Under the pieces are notes generated by a model. The model was not told the DNA's origin. It saw only the letters and a program-made list of their open reading frames with translations, and ran no database searches. Shown piece after piece: positions 61,063 to 64,000 of a stretch of DNA of 64,000 bases (within the stretch, counting starts at the first letter, position 1; each line of letters opens with the position of its first letter). Location of the stretch: NCBI GenBank assembly GCA_038496445.1, contig JALMLS010000062.1, forward strand, positions 1 through 64,000, written 5' to 3'. Both the position numbers and the translations under genes were made by a program. Source of the stretch: Trichosphaerium sp. ATCC 40318. Taxonomy: Eukaryota > Protista > Tubulinea.

Positions 61063-63545
61063 TTATTCTTTCTTCTTATTTTCTACATCACAGTCACATA
61101 CAGGACCCCACACTTTACAAACAGTACAAGCTACACCTCTTCCTTTAACTTTCTTTTCAAACGTCGCAATAAGCTCATCGTATAGCTCATCACGAGCACA
61201 CAAGACACACGGCTTCCATACTTCGCCAACAGCCAAAGAACGTGCTCGTAGAAGTTCATTTCGAGTTTGAAGTTCTTTTGCAGCATCTCTTGGTTGTTTC
61301 GAAGCCTCTGCTAACCATTTCTCGTAGGTAGTATCGATATGTATCCTTTGAGATGGTGTAGCGTATAGGTAAACCATAACGTATACCAATGAAAGCAGAT
61401 CATCACGCCCGCTGTACTTGCACACGCGATTTGGCTGGTAATACTGAATAAGGTTGAACGGTCCGTACTTGATACCGCCAGCAGCCACTACTTGCATGCC
61501 CGATTTAACCGCATAAGCAGTATCTATCAAAATTGGTTCTCCACTACCATCAAGGAGCAAGTTTGATAAGGAGATATCCCTAACAGAAAGTTAGAAAGAA
61601 AATTATAAGAAAAAGAAAAAAATACCTGTGAACAAATCCTTCACCATGCAGATACTGTAGTGCCTTTACAGAGCCAGAAAAAAACTTTACTGGGTCACTG
61701 ATATCCTTAATCTTACGTATTCTGAGGCCGACTGGATACGTAACGATAGTATCAGAAGTGCTATCAATCTTTGAAGAAAATCAGTCAAAAAAAAAGCACG
61801 TGAGTGCGTACCAGTTTTGGAAAGTGTTTAGCTCCTTTCACAATTTTTAAGCAGTTAACTTCGTCTATCATCTCCTGCTTGAAGTCTCCCTCGCTCTCGG
61901 AAAAATCCTTTACAGCTACCATTGTACGCTTTCCGTCCATTTTAACAGGAACAGCGTATACAGTAGCTGTAGCACCGATACCCAAAACACAATCAGGAAT
62001 ACATTGTTGTCCAGCAATTGTGAACGAACGCATTCGATGACCTAGCGCTTCAGGTGTTTGGTTTAACAAAGCGAACAAGTATTTGCCGCCGTTTCCTCCT
62101 CGCTTGTAAGGTCCGCAAGTGAAGTACTGAGGATTTCCAGGATCTTTAGGGTCAATAACCATCTTCAAAATTAAGACACTGTCGTAGTTCATTAACACAG
62201 CGTAAGCGAACTTTCTTGTTTTTTGGCTTAACATGATTGCGTTAAGGTAATACCAGGTTTGGCCGATATCCTTAGTTTCGAATTTTCCCACTAAAGAGAT
62301 GGCGTAAGCGCAAAACCAAGAAGAAGAAAGAGATAGAAATCAAACAAAAGAAGAAAAAAAGGGAAAAACGTACAGCCTTTTTTCAGTTCCCAAATCATCA
62401 CAATGTGATACATTTGCACGTTATCATGTTCATCGAAATCTATCAAATTAGACGTAACAGATAGATCTGGTTTTGATATCTTAACATCAGCACCAAAGCA
62501 AGTCATGACGCGAGAATGGGTGTCGTGAACTGTTAAGTATTTTAACAACTCAGGGTGATCTACAAAGTATTGTGCGATAACGTCGTTGAACTCTTTCTCG
62601 CTCTTCCACTTTTTAATGAGCCTACCTGCCTTCCGTAAGAAATCCCTAGGCACCACTACCATAGCAAAAGGGAATTTAAACTTTCGACACAATTTCAATA
62701 TCCTTTCACCAACTTTCTCGTGTGCTGGAGGAAAAAAAAAAATGAGTTGGTTGATTGATTAATACGAGGAATTCAAACATCGAGGGTTAAACGTACACAA
62801 CTCAGAAATGCTCGTCAATGTTTTGTTTCTATCAGACCTCGATAACGCAGCATACACCATAACGAGGTAGATGTTTAAAGCCTCGAGTTTAGTGTTTTGT
62901 TCAACTTTTTGACGCTTTAAGGTACTAATCTCGGTGCTCATCGCTTCAGTTGTGGTTTCCAGCTTTTCAGTCTTAGCTTCCAGCTTCTCGTTGTTGGCTT
63001 CCATCTTATCAGCCTTTCTTTTCAAGGGAGCAACTGCCGCATCGATCTTATCTTGAATGCCTACGTTATACTCGGCTATGAGCTCTTTGACGTCTTGCTT
63101 GGTATAAATCCTTAAAGCGTGCTCTCGTCGAATAGCATCCTTTTCAAGTATACGCTGTTTGGTAAAGGAATCTATAGAGGTAAAGTTAGAGGTTGAAACT
63201 TACAAGGTATCATTTTATTTGACGAAATTAAAGTGAGTGAAATTCGTACTCATTCGCTTGTTAATAGCCTCAACAAAGTCTGCTTCATGCCAGTTTTCCC
63301 TCCGCATAATCTTCCATTCGTTGGCTATGCGTCTAAGCTCTGTGATATCGAGCTTCTTCAGCTCATCTAACGTGTACTCTTCCATTTACATTAGGGGCAG
63401 TTGTAGTAGTTGTTGCTTTTTGAAATAATAAAAAAACGGACTTTGATTGACGAGTTAATGTCAGAGTTGATTGGTTGGAATCTTCTCAGAGAATAAAGTG
63501 GAATGACGTACTTGGTAACTCCTTATCAGCCTCTTCATCACTCAT
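61063..63545 (-). CDS. Crinkler/RHS-type effector: helical header + coiled coil + restriction-endonuclease-like domain + atypical protein kinase
   Basis: REase-like HDTHS...KPDLSV...WELKK...IGQTWYYL...AYAVLMN. Kinase LGIGATATVY, VAVK, HRDISLSNLLL and ILIDTAYA. 5' end is uncertain. Confidence 0.78.
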
Positions 63546-64000
63546 CTACAAGATAGCGTTAGGTTGGTCGTAAGAAAGAACTAGAAAAAGAGCGAAGGCA
63601 TGATTATACAAGTCAACAAAAAACGAGATTCACAAGTTTTGAAATCACGTGATGAAAAAATCGTATTGTAGGTAAGAATAGAGGTACTATACCAGTTGAG
63701 TAGGAAACAAGAACAGCAAAAGTTAACAAAATCGAGTCAGTTCACCGAGCGTTTTCCAAAAAAAAACAAACAATGGCCCCAATGGTAAAACTGTTGTACT
63801 GGCAAAGGCAATTTGGGTTTTGCGGGCACATTGAGCGACAAAGCTGGTTTTGAAGAAACAAAAGGTTTTCTGAAGTGATAAACGTTTAGCGTTACTAACG
63901 TTCAAAATACTAATACACGCACGTACTGGAGTTTAATTCTGTTCCTTTAATGCAGGAAATGACGTGCTAGAGTTTATTGCTATTACAATTTAAAAACGCA

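Overview
Compact, AT-rich, intron-dense eukaryotic nuclear DNA. It is probably a free-living protist, possibly amoebozoan; this is inferred from gene content, not proven. Introns are mostly about 40-90 nt with GT(A/ACG)...YAG ends, so the supplied ORF track shows only exon fragments, and all gene models below were spliced by eye. Positions 1-5.8 kb are the end of an rDNA unit on the minus strand: part of ITS1, a very divergent ~2.65 kb 18S gene with large AT-rich expansions, and an upstream spacer carrying six covarying hairpin repeats. The rest holds about 24 tightly packed protein genes: MPI, a DUF4536 protein, guanine deaminase, a BCS1-like AAA ATPase, a GPI-anchored glutaminyl cyclase, SPCS2, URB1, a repeat+RAP-like nuclease protein, a DUF4062-NACHT-TPR protein, a Cys-rich secreted protein, a CS-alpha-beta defensin-like peptide, CENP-N, an F-box protein, an intronless secreted beta-propeller, an SDR pseudogene, a GPI-type surface protein, RECQL4, three 7TM receptor paralogs, a GST and a Crinkler-type REase-kinase. 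There are also two intronic tRNAs and candidate small structured RNAs. The most notable observations are: (1) a spliced defensin gene missed by the ORF track, next to an NLR-like gene and a second secreted Cys-rich gene; (2) the covarying hairpin array in the rDNA spacer; (3) an intronic tRNA with a Gln-type body, a Pro anticodon and an antisense leader; (4) strong enrichment of CACGTG, frequently in introns.
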